Made by a program: the position numbers and the translations under genes. This document shows positions 37,701-52,700 of a stretch of DNA of 64,000 nucleotides, one piece after another. Where the stretch lies: positions 33,108,001 through 33,172,000 of the forward strand of contig OZ024760.1 of NCBI GenBank assembly GCA_964016885.1, read 5' to 3'. Source of the DNA: Eledone cirrhosa (Eukaryota). The notes beneath the pieces were generated by a model that saw nothing but the letters and a program-made list of their open reading frames with translations, ran no database searches and was not told where the DNA came from. Within the stretch, counting starts at the first letter, position 1. The number at the start of each line of letters is the position of its first letter.

Positions 37701-40700
37701 GGTAACACCCCTTATCTCAGCTTTACTACCAGTGAACTGAGGTAACACCCCTTACCTCAGCTTTACTACCAGTGAACTGAGGTAACACTCCTTATCTCAG
37801 CTTTACTACCAGTGAACTGAGGTAACATCCCTTATCTCAGCTTTGCTACCAGTTAACTGGGGTACATCCCTTATCTCAGCTTTACTACCAGTGAACTGAG
37901 GTAAAACTCCTTATCTCAGCTTTACTACCAGTTAACTGAGGTAACACCCCTTATCTCAGCTTTACTACCAGTTAACTGGGGTACATCCCTTACCTCAACT
38001 TTACTACCAGTTAACTTGTGTACATCCCTTATCTCAGCTTTACTACCAGTTAACTGAGGTAACACACCTTATCTCAGCTTTACTCCCAGTTAACTGGGGT
38101 ACATCCCTTACCTCAACTTTACTACCAGTTAACTTGGGTACATCCCTTATCTCAGCTTTACTCCCAGTTAACTGGGGTACATCCCTTATCTCAGCTTTAC
38201 TACCAGTTAACTGAGGTAACACCTCTTATCTCAGCTTTACTCCCAGTTATCTGGGGTACATCCCTTACCTCAGCTTTACTACCAGTTAACTGAGGTAACA
38301 TCCCTAATCTCAGCTTTACCACCAGTTAACTGAGGTAACACCCCTTATCTCAGCTTTACTCCCAGTTAACTGGGGTACATTTCCTTACCTCAACTTTACT
38401 ACCAGTTAATTGAGGTACATCCCTTATCTCAGATTTACTACCAGTTAACTGAGGTAACACCCCTTATCTCATCTTTACTACCAGTTGACTTGGGTAACAC
38501 CCCTTACCTCAGCTTTACTACCAATTAAGTGAGGTAACACTCATTATCTCAGCTTTACTACCAGGTAAGTGAGGTAACACCCCTTACCTCAGCCTTACTA
38601 CCAGTTAACTGAGGTAACACCCCTTATCTCAGCTTTACTACCAGTGAACTGAGGTAACACCCCTTATCTCAGCTTTACTACCAGTTAACTGAGGTAACAC
38701 CCCTTATCTCAGCTTTACTACCAGTTAACTCAGATAACACTCCTTATCTCAGCTTTACTACCAGTTAACTGAGGTAACACCCCTTATCTCAGCTTTACTA
38801 CCAGTGATCTGAGGTAACACCCCTTATCTCAGCTTTACTACCAGTGAACTGAGGGAACACTCCTTATCTCAGCTTTACTACCAGTTAACTGAGGTAACAT
38901 CCCTTATCTCAGCTTTACTACCAGTTAATTGACGTAACACCCCTTATCTCAGCTTTACTACCAGTGAACTGAAGTAACACTCCTTATCTCAGCTTTACTA
39001 CCAGTTAACTCAGGTAACATCCCTTATCTCAGCTTTACTACCAGTGAACTGAGGTAACACCCCTTATCTCAGCTTTACTACCAGTTAATTGACGTAACAC
39101 CCCTTATCTCAGCTTTACTACTAGTTAACTGAGGTAACATCCCCTATCTCAGCTTTACTACCAGTGATCTGAGGTAACACTCCTTATTTCAGCTTTACTA
39201 CCAGTGAACTGAGGTAACATCCCTTATCTCAGCTTTACTACCAGTTAACTGAGGTAACACCCCTTATCTCAGCTTTACTACCAGTTAACTGAGGTAACAC
39301 CCCTTATCTCAGCTTTACTACCAGTGAACTGAGGTAACACCCCTTATCTCAGCTTTACTACCAGTGAACTGAGGTAACACTCCTTATCTCAGCTTTACTA
39401 CCAGTTAACTGGGGTAAAATCCCTTACCTGAGCTTTACTACCAGTTAATTGACGTAACACCCCTTATCTCAGCTTTACTACTAGTTAACTGTGGTAACAC
39501 CCCTTATCTCAGCTTTACTACCAGTTAATTGACGTAACACCCCTTATCTCAGCTTTACTACCAGTTAACTGAGGTAACACCCCTTATCTCAGCTTTACTA
39601 CCAGTTAATTGACGTAACACCCCTTATCTCAGCTTTACTACTAGTTAACTGAGGTAACACCCCTTATCTCAGCTTTACTACCAGTTAACTGGGGTACATC
39701 CCTTACCTCAACTTTACTACCAGTTAACTTGTGTACATCCCTTATCTCAGCTTTACTACCAGTTAACTGAGGTAACACACCTTATCTCAGCTTTACTCCC
39801 AGTTAACTGGGGTACATCCCTTACCTCAACTTTACTACCAGTTAACTTGGGTACATCCCTTATCTCAGCTTTACTCCCAGTTAACTGGGGTACATCCCTT
39901 ATCTCAGCTTTACTACCAGTTAACTGAGGTAACACCTCTTATCTCAGCTTTACTCCCAGTTATCTGGGGTACATCCCTTACCTCAGCTTTACTACCAGTT
40001 AACTGAGGTAACATCCCTAATCTCAGCTTTACCACCAGTTAACTGAGGTAACACCCCTTATCTCAGCTTTACTCCCAGTTAACTGGGGTACATTTCCTTA
40101 CCTCAACTTTACTACCAGTTAATTGAGGTACATCCCTTATCTCAGATTTACTACCAGTTAACTGAGGTAACACCCCTTATCTCATCTTTACTACCAGTTG
40201 ACTTGGGTAACACCCCTTACCTCAGCTTTACTACCAATTAAGTGAGGTAACACTCATTATCTCAGCTTTACTACCAGGTAAGTGAGGTAACACCCCTTAC
40301 CTCAGCCTTACTACCAGTTAACTGAGGTAACACCCCTTATCTCAGCTTTACTACCAGTGAACTGAGGTAACACCCCTTATCTCAGCTTTACTACCAGTTA
40401 ACTGAGGTAACACCCCTTATCTCAGCTTTACTACCAGTTAACTCAGGTAACACTCCTTATCTCAGCTTTACTACCAGTTAACTGAGGTAACACCCCTTAT
40501 CTCAGCTTTACTACCAGTGATCTGAGGTAACACCCCTTATCTCAGCTTTACTACCAGTGAACTGAGGGAACACTCCTTATCTCAGCTTTACTACCAGTTA
40601 ACTGAGGTAACATCCCTTATCTCAGCTTTACTACCAGTTAATTGACGTAACACCCCTTATCTCAGCTTTACTACCAGTGAACTGAAGTAACACTCCTTAT

Positions 40701-43700
40701 CTCAGCTTTACTACCAGTTAACTCAGGTAACATCCCTTATCTCAGCTTTACTACCAGTGAACTGAGGTAACACCCCTTATCTCAGCTTTACTACCAGTTA
40801 ATTGACGTAACACCCCTTATCTCAGCTTTACTACTAGTTAACTGAGGTAACATCCCCTATCTCAGCTTTACTACCAGTGATCTGAGGTAACACTCCTTAT
40901 TTCAGCTTTACTACCAGTGAACTGAGGTAACATCCCTTATCTCAGCTTTACTACCAGTTAACTGAGGTAACACCCCTTATCTCAGCTTTACTACCAGTTA
41001 ACTGAGGTAACACCCCTTATCTCAGCTTTACTACCAGTGAACTGAGGTAACACCCCTTATCTCAGCTTTACTACCAGTGAACTGAGGTAACACTCCTTAT
41101 CTCAGCTTTACTACCAGTTAACTGGGGTAAAATCCCTTACCTGAGCTTTACTACCAGTTAATTGACGTAACACCCCTTATCTCAGCTTTACTACTAGTTA
41201 ACTGTGGTAACACCCCTTATCTCAGCTTTACTACCAGTTAATTGACGTAACACCCCTTATCTCAGCTTTACTACCAGTTAACTGAGGTAACACCCCTTAT
41301 CTCAGCTTTACTACCAGTTAATTGACGTAACACCCCTTATCTCAGCTTTACTACTAGTTAACTGAGGTAACACTCCTTATCTCAGCTTTGCTACCAGTTA
41401 ACTGAGGTAACACCCCTTACCTCAGCTTTACTACCAGTTAACTGAGGTAACACTCCTTATCTCAGCTTTACTACCAGTTAACTGAGGTAACACCCCTTAT
41501 CTCAGCTTTACTACCAGTTAATTGACGTAACACCCCTTATCTCAGCTTTACTACTAGTTAACTGAGGTAACACCCCTTATCTCAGCTTTACTACCAGTTA
41601 ACTGAGGTAACACTCCTTATCTCAGCTTTACTACCAGTGATCTGAGGTAACACTCCTTATTTCAGCTTTACTACCAGTGAACTGAGGTAACACCTCTTAT
41701 CTCAGCTTTACTACCAGTTAACTGAGGTAACACTCCTTATCTCAGCTTTACTACCATTTAACTAGGGTAACATCCCTTATCTCAGCTTTACTACCAGTTA
41801 ACTGAGGTAACATCACTCATCTCAGTTTTACTACCAGTGAACTGAGGTAACACACCTTATCTCAGCTTTACTACCAGTTAATTGAGGTAACACTCCTTAT
41901 CTCAGCTTTACTACCAGTTAACTGAGGTAACACCCCTTATCTCAGCTTTACTACCAGTTAACTGAGGTAACACTCCTTATCTCAGCTTTACTACCAGTTA
42001 ACTGGGGTAACATCTCTTATCTCAGCTTTACTACCAGTTAACTGGGGTACATCCCTTATCTCAACTTTACTACCAGTTGACTGAGGTAACACCCCTTATC
42101 TCAGCTTTACTACCAGTTAACTGAGGTAACACTCTTTATCTCAGCTTTACTACCAGTTAACTGAGGTAACACACCTTATCTCAGCTTTACTACCAGTGAA
42201 CTGAGGTACCACTCCTTATCTCAGCTTTACTACCAGTTAACTGAGGTAACACCCCTTATCTCAGCTTTACTACCAGTGAACTGAGGTAACACCCCTTACC
42301 TCAGCTTTACTACCAGTGAACTGAGGTAACACTCCTTATCTCAGCTTTACTACCAGTGAACTGAGGTAACATCCCTTATCTCAGCTTTGCTACCAGTTAA
42401 CTGAGGTAACATCACTCATCTCAGTTTTACTACCAGTGAACTGAGGTAACACACCTTATCTCAGCTTTACTACCAGTTAATTGAGGTAACACTCCTTATC
42501 TCAGCTTTACTACCAGTTAACTGAGGTAACACCCCTTATCTCAGCTTTACTACCAGTTAACTGATGTAACACACCTTATCTCAGCTTTACTCCCAGTTAA
42601 CTGGGGTACATCCCTTACCTCAACTTTACTACCAGTTAACTTGGGTACATCCCTTATCTCAGCTTTACTCCCAGTTAACTGGGGTACATCCCTTATCTCA
42701 GCTTTACTACCAGTTAACTGAGGTAACACCTCTTATCTCAGCTTTACTCCCAGTTATCTGGGGAACATCCCTTACCTCAGCTTTACTACCAGTTAACTGA
42801 GGTAACATCCCTAATCTCAGCTTTACCACCAGTTAACTGAGGTAACACCCCTTATCTCAGCTTTACTCCCAGTTAACTGGGGTACATTTCCTTACCTCAA
42901 CTTTACTACCAGTTAATTGAGGTACATCCCTTATCTCAGATTTACTACCAGTTAACTGAGGTAACACCCCTTATCTCATCTTTACTACCAGTTGACTTGG
43001 GTAACACCCCTTACCTCAGCTTTACTACCAATTAAGTGAGGTAACACTCATTATCTCAGCTTTACTACCAGGTAAGTGAGGTAACACCCCTTACCTCAGC
43101 CTTACTACCAGTTAACTGAGGTAACACCCCTTACCTCAGCTTTACTACCAGTTAACTGGGGTACATCCCTTATCTCAGCTTTACTACCAGTGAACTGAGG
43201 TAAAACTCCTTATCTCAGCTTTACTACCAGTTAACTGAGGTAACACTCCTTATCTCAGCTTTACTACCAGTTAACTGAGGTAACACTCCTTATCTCAGCT
43301 TGCTACCAATTAACTGAGGTAACACTCTTTATCTCAGCTTTACTACCAGTTAACTGAGGTAACACCCCTTATCTCAGCTTTACTCCCAGTTAACTGGGGT
43401 GCATCCCTTACATCAACTTTACTACCAGTTAACTTGGGTACATCCCTTATCTCAGCTTTACTACCAGTTAAGTGAGGTAACACCCCTTATCTCAGCTTTA
43501 CTCCCAGTTAGCTGGGGTACATCCCTTATCTCAGCTTTACTACCAGTTAACTGAGGTAACACCTCTTATCTCAGCTTTACTCCCAGTTATCTGGGGTACA
43601 TCCCTTACCTCAGCTTTACTACCAGTTAACTGAGGTAACATGCCTAATCTCAGCTTTACTACCAGTTAACTGAGGTAACACCCCTTATCTCAGCTTTACT

Positions 43701-46700
43701 CCCAGTTAACTGGGGTTCATTTCCTTACCTCAACTTTACTACCAGTTAACTTGGGTACATCCCTTATCTCAGATTTACTACCAGTTAACTGAGGTAACAC
43801 CCCTTATCTCAGCTTTACTACCAGTGAACTGAGGTAACACCCCTTATCTCAGCTTTACTACCAGTTAACTGAGGTAACACCCCTTATCTCAGCTTTACTA
43901 CCAGTTAACTGAGGTAACACCCCTTATCTCAGCTTTACTACCAGTTAACTGAGGTAACACCCCTTACCTCAGCTTTACTACCAGTTAACTGGGGTACATC
44001 CCTTACCTCAACTTTACTACCAGTTAACTTGGGTACATCCCTTATCTCAGATTTACTACCAGTTAACTGAGGTAACATCCCTAATCTCAGCGTTACTACC
44101 AGTTAACTGAGGTAACACCCCTTATCTCAGCTTTACTACCAGTTAACTGGGGTACATCCCTTATCTCAACTTTACTACCAGTTAACTGGGGTACATCCCT
44201 TACCTCAACTTTACTACCAGTTAACTTGGGTACATCCCTTATCTCAGATTTACTACCAGTTAACTGAGGTAACATCCCTAATCTCAACGTTACTACCAGT
44301 TAACTGAGGTAACACTCCTTATCTCAGCTTTGCTACCAGTTAACTGGGGTACATCCCTTATCTCAACTTTACTACCAGTGAACTGAGGAAAAACTCCTTA
44401 TCTCAGCTTTACTACCAGTTAACTGAGGTAACACTCCTTATCTCAGCTTTGCTACCAGTTAACTGAGGTAACACTCTTTATCTCGGCTTTACTACCAGTT
44501 AATTGAGGTAACACCCCTTATCTCAGCTTTAGTTCCAGTTAACTGTGGTACATTCCTTACCTCAACTTTACTACCAGTTAACTTGTGTACATCCCTTATC
44601 TCAGCTTTACTACCAGTTAACTGAGCTAACACACCTTATCTCAGCTTTACTCCCAGTTAACTGGGGTACATCCCTTACCTCAACTTTACTACCAGTTAAC
44701 TTGGGTACATCCCTTATCTCAGCTTTACTACCAGTTAACTGAGGTAACACCTCTTATCTCAGCTTTACTCCCAGTTATCTGGGGTACATCCCTTACCTCA
44801 GCTTTACTACCAGTTAACTGAGGTAACATCCCTAATCTAAGCTTTACCACCAGTTAACTGAGGTAACACCCCTTATCTCAGCTTTACTACCAGTTAACTG
44901 AGGTAACACCCCTTATCTCAGCTTTACTCCCAGTAAACTGGGGTACATCCCTTACCTCAACTTTCCTACCAGTTAACTTGGGTACATCCCTTATCTCAGC
45001 TTTACTACCAGTTAATTGAGGTAACACCCCTTATCTCAGCTTTACTCCCAGTTAACTGGGGTACATCCCTTATATCAGCTTTACTACCAGTTAAGTGAGG
45101 TAACACCCCTTATCTCAGCTTTACTACCAGTTAACTGGGGTAACACCCCTTACCTCAGCTTTACTACCAGTTAAATGAGGTAACACTCCTTATCTCAGCT
45201 TTACTACCAGGTAAGTAAGTGAGGTAACACTCCGTACCTCACTTTACTACCAGTTAACTGGGGTACATCCCTTATCTCAACTTTACTACCAGTTAGCTGG
45301 GGTACATCCCTTATCTCAACTTTACTACCAGTTAACTGAGGTAACACTCCTTATCTCAGCTTTACTACCAGTTAACTGAGGTAACACCCCTTATCTCAGC
45401 TTTACTACCAGTTAATTGACGTAACACCCCTTATCTCAGCTTTACTACTAGTTAACTGAGGTAACACCCCTTATCTCAGCTTTACTACCAGTTAACTGAG
45501 GTAACACTCCTTATCTCAGCTTTACTACCAGTGATCTGAGGTAACACTCCTTATTTCAGCTTTACTACCAGTGAACTGAGGTAACACCCCTTATCTCAGC
45601 TTTACTATCAGTTAACTGAGGTAACACTCCTTATCTCAGCTTTACTACCATTTAACAAGGGTAACATCCCTTATCTCAGCTTTACTACCAGTTAACTGAG
45701 GTAACATCACTCATCTCAGTTTTACTACCAGTGAACTGAGGTAACACCCCTTATCTCAGCTTTACTACCAGTTAACTGAGGTAACACCCCTTATCTCAGC
45801 TTTACTACCAGTTAACTGAGGTAACAACCCTTATCTCAGCTTTACTACCAGTTAACTGAGGTAACACACCTTATCTCAGCTTTACTACCAGTTAATTGAG
45901 GTAACACTCCTTATCTCAGCTGTACTACCAGTTAACTGAGGTAACACCCCTTATCTCAGCTTTACTACCAGTTAACTGAGGTAACACTCCTTATCTCAGC
46001 TTTACTACCAGTTAACTGGGGTAACATCTCTTATCTCAGCTTTACTACCAGTTAACTGAGGTAACACCCCTATATCTCAGCTTTACTACCAGTTAACTGA
46101 GGTAACACCCCTTATCTCAGCTTTACTCCCAGTTAACTGGGGTACATCCCTTACCTCAACTTTACTACCAGTTAACTTGGGTACATCCCTTATCTCAGCT
46201 TTACTACCAGTTAATTGAGTTAACACCCCTTATCTCAGCTTTACTCCCAGTTAACTGGGGTACATCCCTTATCTCAGCTTTACTACCAGTTAAGTGAGGT
46301 AACACCCCTTATCTCAGCTTTACTACCAGTTAACTTGGGTAACACCCCTTACCTCAGCTTTACTACCAGTTAACTGGGGTAACACCCCTTACCTCAGCTT
46401 TACTACCAGTTAACTGGGGTACATCCCATATCTCAGCTTTACTACCAGTTAACTGGGGTACATCCCTTATCTCAACTTTACTACCAGTTAACTGGGGTAC
46501 ATCCCTTATCTCAACTTTACTACCAGTTAACTGGGGTACATCCCTTATCTCAACTTTACTACCAGTTAACTGAGGTAACACCCCTTATCTCAACTTTACT
46601 ACCAGTTAACTGAGGTAACACCCCTTATCTCAGCTTTACTACCAGTTAATTGAGGTAACACTCTTTATCTCAGCTTTACTACCAGTTAACTGGGGTAACA

Positions 46701-49700
46701 CCCCTTATCTCAGCTTTACTACCAGTGAACTGAGGTAACACTCCTTATCTCAGCTTTACTACCAGTTAACTAAGGTAACACCCCTTATCTCAGCTTTACT
46801 ACCAGTGAACTGAGGTAACACCCCTTACCTCAGCTTTACTACCAGTGAACTGAGGTAACATCACTCATCTCAGTTTTACTACCAGTGAACTGAGGTAACA
46901 CACCTTATCTCAGCTTTACTACCAGTTAATTGAGGTAACACTCCTTATCTCAGCTTTACTACCAGTTAACTGAGGTAACACCCCTTATCTCAGCTTTACT
47001 ACCAGTTAACTGATGTAACACACCTTATCTCAGCTTTACTCCCAGTTAACTGGGGTACATCCCTTACCTCAACTTTACTACTAGTTAACTTGGGTACATC
47101 CCTTATCTCAGCTTTACTCCCAGTTAACTAGGGTAACATCCCTTATCTCAGCTTTACTACCAGTTAACTGAGGTAACATCACTCATCTCAGTTTTACTAC
47201 CAGTGAACTTGGGTACATCCCTTATCTCAGCTTTACTCCCAGTTAACTGGGGTACATCCCTTATCTCAGCTTTACTCCCAGTTAACTGAGGTAACACCTC
47301 TTATCTCAGCTTTACTCCCAGTTACCTGGGGTACATCCCTTACCTCAGCTTTACTACCAGTTAACTGAGGTAACATCCCTAATCTCAGCTTTACCACCAG
47401 TTAACTGAGGTAATACCCCTTATCTCAGCTTTACTCCCAGTTAACTGGGGTACATTTCCTTACCTCAACTTTACTACCAGTTAATTGAGGTACATCCCTT
47501 ATCTCAGATCTACTACCAGTTAACTGAGGTAACACCCCTTATCTCAGCTTTACTACCAGTTAACTTGGGTAACACCACTTACCTCAGCTTTACTACCAGT
47601 TAACTGGGGTAACACCCCTTATCTCAGCTTTACTCCCAGTTAACTGAGGTAACACCCCTTACCTCAGCTTTACTACCAATTAAGTGAGGTAACCCTCATT
47701 ATCTCAGCTTTACTACCAGGTAAGTGAGGTAACACCCCTTACCTCAGCTTTACTACCAGTTAACTGAGGTAACACCCCTTACCTCAGCTTTACTACCAGT
47801 TAACTGGGGTACATCCCTTATCTCAGCTTTACTACCAGTGAACTGAGGTAAAACTCCTTATCTCAGCTTTACTACCAGTTAACTGAGGTAACACTCCTTA
47901 TCTCAGCTTTACTACCAGTTAACTGAGGTAACACTCCTTATCTCAGCTTGCTACCAATTAACTGAGGTAACACTCTTTATCTCAGCTTTACTACCAGTTA
48001 ACTGAGGTAACACCCCTTATCTCAGCTTTACTCCCAGTTAACTGGGGTGCATCCCTTACCCCAACTTTACTACCAGTTAACTTGGGTACATCCCTTATTT
48101 CAGCTTTACTACCAGTTAAGTGAGGTAACACCCCTTATCTCAGCTTTACTCCCAGTTAACTGGGGAACATCCCTTACCTCAACTTTACTACCAGTTAACT
48201 TGGGTACATCCCTTATCTCAGCTTTACTACCAGTTAACTGAGGTAACACCTCTTATCTCAGCTTTACTCCCAGTTATCTGGGGTACATCCCTTACCTCAG
48301 CTTTACTACCAGTTAACTGAGGTAACATCCCTAATCTCAGCTTTACTACCAGTTAACTGAGGTAACACCCCTTATCTCAGCTTTACTCCCAGTTAACTGG
48401 GGTTCATTTCCTTACCTCAACTTTACTACCAGTTAACTTGGGTACATCCCTTATCTCAGATTTACTACCAGTTAACTGAGGTAACACCCCTTATCTCAGC
48501 TTTACTACCAGTGAACTGAGGTAACACCCCTTATCTCAGCTTTACTACCAGCTAACTGAGGTAACACCCCTTATCTCAGCTTTGCTACCAGTTAACTGAG
48601 GTAACACCCCTTATCTCAGCTTTACTACCAGTTAACTGAGGTAACACCCCTTATCTCAGCTTTACTACCAGTTAACTGGGGTACATCCTTTATCTCAACT
48701 TTACTACCAGTTAACTGAGGTAACACCCCTTATCTCAACTTTACTACCAGTTAACTGAGGTAACACCCCTTATCTCAGCTTTACTACCAGTTAATTGAGG
48801 TAACACTCTTTATCTCAGCTTTACTACCAGTTAACTGGGGTAACACCCCTTATCTCAGCTTTACTACCAGTGAACTGAGGTAACACTCCTTATCTCAGCT
48901 TTACTACCAGTTAACTAAGGTAACACCCCTTATCTCAGCTTTACTACCAGTGAACTGAGGTAACACCCCTTACCTCAGCTTTACTACCAGTGAACTGAGG
49001 TAACACTCCTTATCTCAGCTTTACTACCAGTGAACTGAGGTAACATCCCTTATCTCAGCTTTGCTACCAGTTAACTGGGGTACATCCCTTATCTCAGCTT
49101 TACTACCAGTGAACTGAGGTAAAACTCCTTATCTCAGCTTTACTACCAGTTAACTGAGGTAACACCCCTTATCTCAGCTTTACTACCAGTTAACTGGGGT
49201 ACATCCCTTACCTCAACTTTACTACCAGTTAACTTGTGTACATCCCTTATCTCAGCTTTACTACCAGTTAACTGAGGTAACACACCTTAACTCAGCTTTA
49301 CTCCCAGTTAACTGGGGTACATCCCTTACCTCAACTTTACTACCAGTTAACTTGGGTACATCCCTTATCTCAGCTTTACTCCCAGTTAACTGGGGTACAT
49401 CCCTTATCTCAGCTTTACTACCAGTTAACTGAGGTAACACCTCTTATCTCAGCTTTACTCCCAGTTATCTGGGGTACATCCCTTACCTCAGCTTTACTGC
49501 CAGTTAACTGAAGTAACATCCCTAATCTCAGCTTTACCACCAGTTAACTGAGGTAATACCCCTTATCTCAGCTTTACTCCCAGTTAACTGGGGTACATTT
49601 CCTTACCTCAACTTTACTACCAGTTAATTGAGGTACATCCCTTATCTCAGATCTACTACCAGTTAACTGAGGTAACACCCCTTATCTCAGCTTTACTACC

Positions 49701-52700
49701 AGTTAACTTGGGTAACACCCCTTACCTCAGCTTTACTACCAGTTAACTGGGGTAACACCCCTTATCTCAGCTTTACTCCCAGTTAACTGAGGTAACACCC
49801 CTTACCTCAGCTTTACTACCAATTAAGTGAGGTAACCCTCATTATCTCAGCTTTACTACCAGGTAAGTGAGGTAACACCCCTTACCTCAGCTTTACTACC
49901 AGTTAACTGAGGTAACACCCCTTACCTCAGCTTTACTACCAGTTAACTGGGGTACATCCCTTATCTCAGCTTTACTACCAGTGAACTGAGGTAAAACTCC
50001 TTATCTCAGCTTTACTACCAGTTAACTGAGGTAACACTCCTTATCTCAGCTTTACTACCAGTTAACTGAGGTAACACTCCTTATCTCAGCTTGCTACCAA
50101 TTAACTGAGGTAACACTCTTTATCTCAGCTTTACTACCAGTTAACTGAGGTAACACCCCTTATCTCAGCTTTACTCCCAGTTAACTGGGGTGCATCCCTT
50201 ACCTCAACTTTACTACCAGTTAACTTGGGTACATCCCTTATTTCAGCTTTACTACCAGTTAAGTGAGGTAACACCCCTTATCTCAGCTTTACTCCCAGTT
50301 AACTGGGGAACATCCCTTACCTCAACTTTACTACCAGTTAACTTGGGTACATCCCTTATCTCAGCTTTACTACCAGTTAACTGAGGTAACACCTCTTATC
50401 TCAGCTTTACTCCCAGTTATCTGGGGTACATCCCTTACCTCAGCTTTACTACCAGTTAACTGAGGTAACATCCCTAATCTCAGCTTTACTACCAGTTAAC
50501 TGAGGTAACACCCCTTATCTCAGCTTTACTCCCAGTTAACTGGGGTTCATTTCCTTACCTCAACTTTACTACCAGTTAACTTGGGTACATCCCTTATCTC
50601 AGATTTACTACCAGTTAACTGAGGTAACACCCCTTATCTCAGCTTTACTACCAGTGAACTGAGGTAACACCCCTTATCTCAGCTTTACTACCAGTTAACT
50701 GAGGTAACACCCCTTATCTCAGCTTTGCTACCAGTTAACTGAGGTAACACCCCTTATCTCAGCTTTACTACCAGTTAACTGAGGTAACACCCCTTATCTC
50801 AGCTTTACTACCAGTTAACTGGGGTACATCCTTTATCTCAACTTTACTACCAGTTAACTTGGGTACATCCCTTATCTCAGATTTACTACCAGTTAACTGA
50901 GGTAACATCCCTAATCTCAGCTTTACTACCAGTTAACTGAGGTAACACCCCTTATCTCAGCTTTACTACCAGTTAACTGGGGTACATCCCTTATCTCAAC
51001 TTTACTACCAGTTAACTGGGGTACATCCCTTATCTCAACTTTACTACCAGTTAACTGAGGTAACACTCCTTATCTCAGCTTTGCTACCAGTTAACTGGGG
51101 TACATCCCATATCTCAACTTTACTACCAGTGAACTGAGGTAAAACTCCTTATCTCAGCTTTACTACCAGTTAACTGAGGTAACACTCCTTATCTCAGCTT
51201 TAGTTCCAGTTAACTGTGGTACATCCCTTACCTCAACTTTACTACCAGTTAACTTGTGTACATCCCTTATCACAGCTTTACTACCAGTTAACTGAGGTAA
51301 CACACCTTATCTCAGCTTTACTCCCAGTTAACTGGGGTACATCCCTTACCTCAACTTTACTACCAGTTAACTTGGGTACATCCCTTATCTCAGCTTTACT
51401 ACCAGTTAACTGAGGTAACACCTCTTATCTCAGCTTTACTCCCAGTTATCTGGGGTACATCCCTTACCTCAGCTTTACTACCAGTTAACTGAGGTAACAT
51501 CCCTAATCTCAGCTTTACCACCAGTTAACTGAGGTAACACCCCTTATCTCAGCTTTACTCCCAGTTAACTGGGATACATTTCCTTACCTCAACTTTAATA
51601 CCAGTTAATTGAGGTACATCCCTTATCTCAGATTTACTACCAGTTAACTGAGGTAACACCCCTTATCTCAGCTTTACTACCAGTTAACTTGGGTAACACC
51701 CCTTACCTCAGCTTTACTACCAGTTAACTGGGGTAACACCCCTTATCTCAGCTTTACTCCCAGTTAACTGAAGTAACACCCCTTACCTCAGCTTTACTAC
51801 CAATTAAGTGAGGTAACACTCATTATCTCAGCTTTACTACCAGGTAAGTGAGGTAACACCCCTTACCTCAGCTTTACTTCCAGTTAACTGAGGTAACACC
51901 CCTTACCTCAGCTTTACTACCAGTTAACTGGGGTACATCCCTTATCTCAGCTTTACTACCAGTGAACTGAGGTAAAACTCCTTATCTCAGCTTTACTACC
52001 ACTTAACTGAGGTAACACTCCTTATCTCAGCTTGCTACCAATTAACTGAGGTAACACTCTTTATCTCAGCTTTACTACCAGTTAACTGAGGTAACAGCCC
52101 TTATCTCAGCTTTACTCCCAGTTAACTGGGGTGCATCCCTTACCTCAACTTTACTACCAGTTAACTTGGGTACATCTCTTATCTCAGCTTTACTACCAGT
52201 TAAGTGAGGTAACACCCCTTATCTCAGCTTTACTCCCAGTTAACTGGGGTACATCCCTTATCTCATCTTTACTACCAGTTAACTGAGGTAACACCTCTTA
52301 TCTCAGCTTTACTCCCAGTTATCTGGGGTACATCCCTTATCTCAGCTTTACTACCAGTTAACTGAGGTAACATCCCTAATCTCAGCTTTACTACCAGTTA
52401 ACTGAGGTAACACCCCTTATCTCAGCTTTACTCCCAGTTAACTGGGGTTCATTTCCTTACCTCAACTTTACTACCAGTTAACTTGGGTACATCCCTTATC
52501 TCAGATTTACTACCAGTTAACTGAGGTAACACCCCTTATCTCAGCTTTACTACCAGTGAACTGAGGTAACAACCCTTATCTCAGCTTTACTACCAGTTAA
52601 CTGAGGTAACACCCCTTATCTCAGCTTTACTACCAGTTAACTGAGGTAACACCCCTTATCTCAGCTTTACTACCAGTTAACTGAGGTAACACCCCTTATC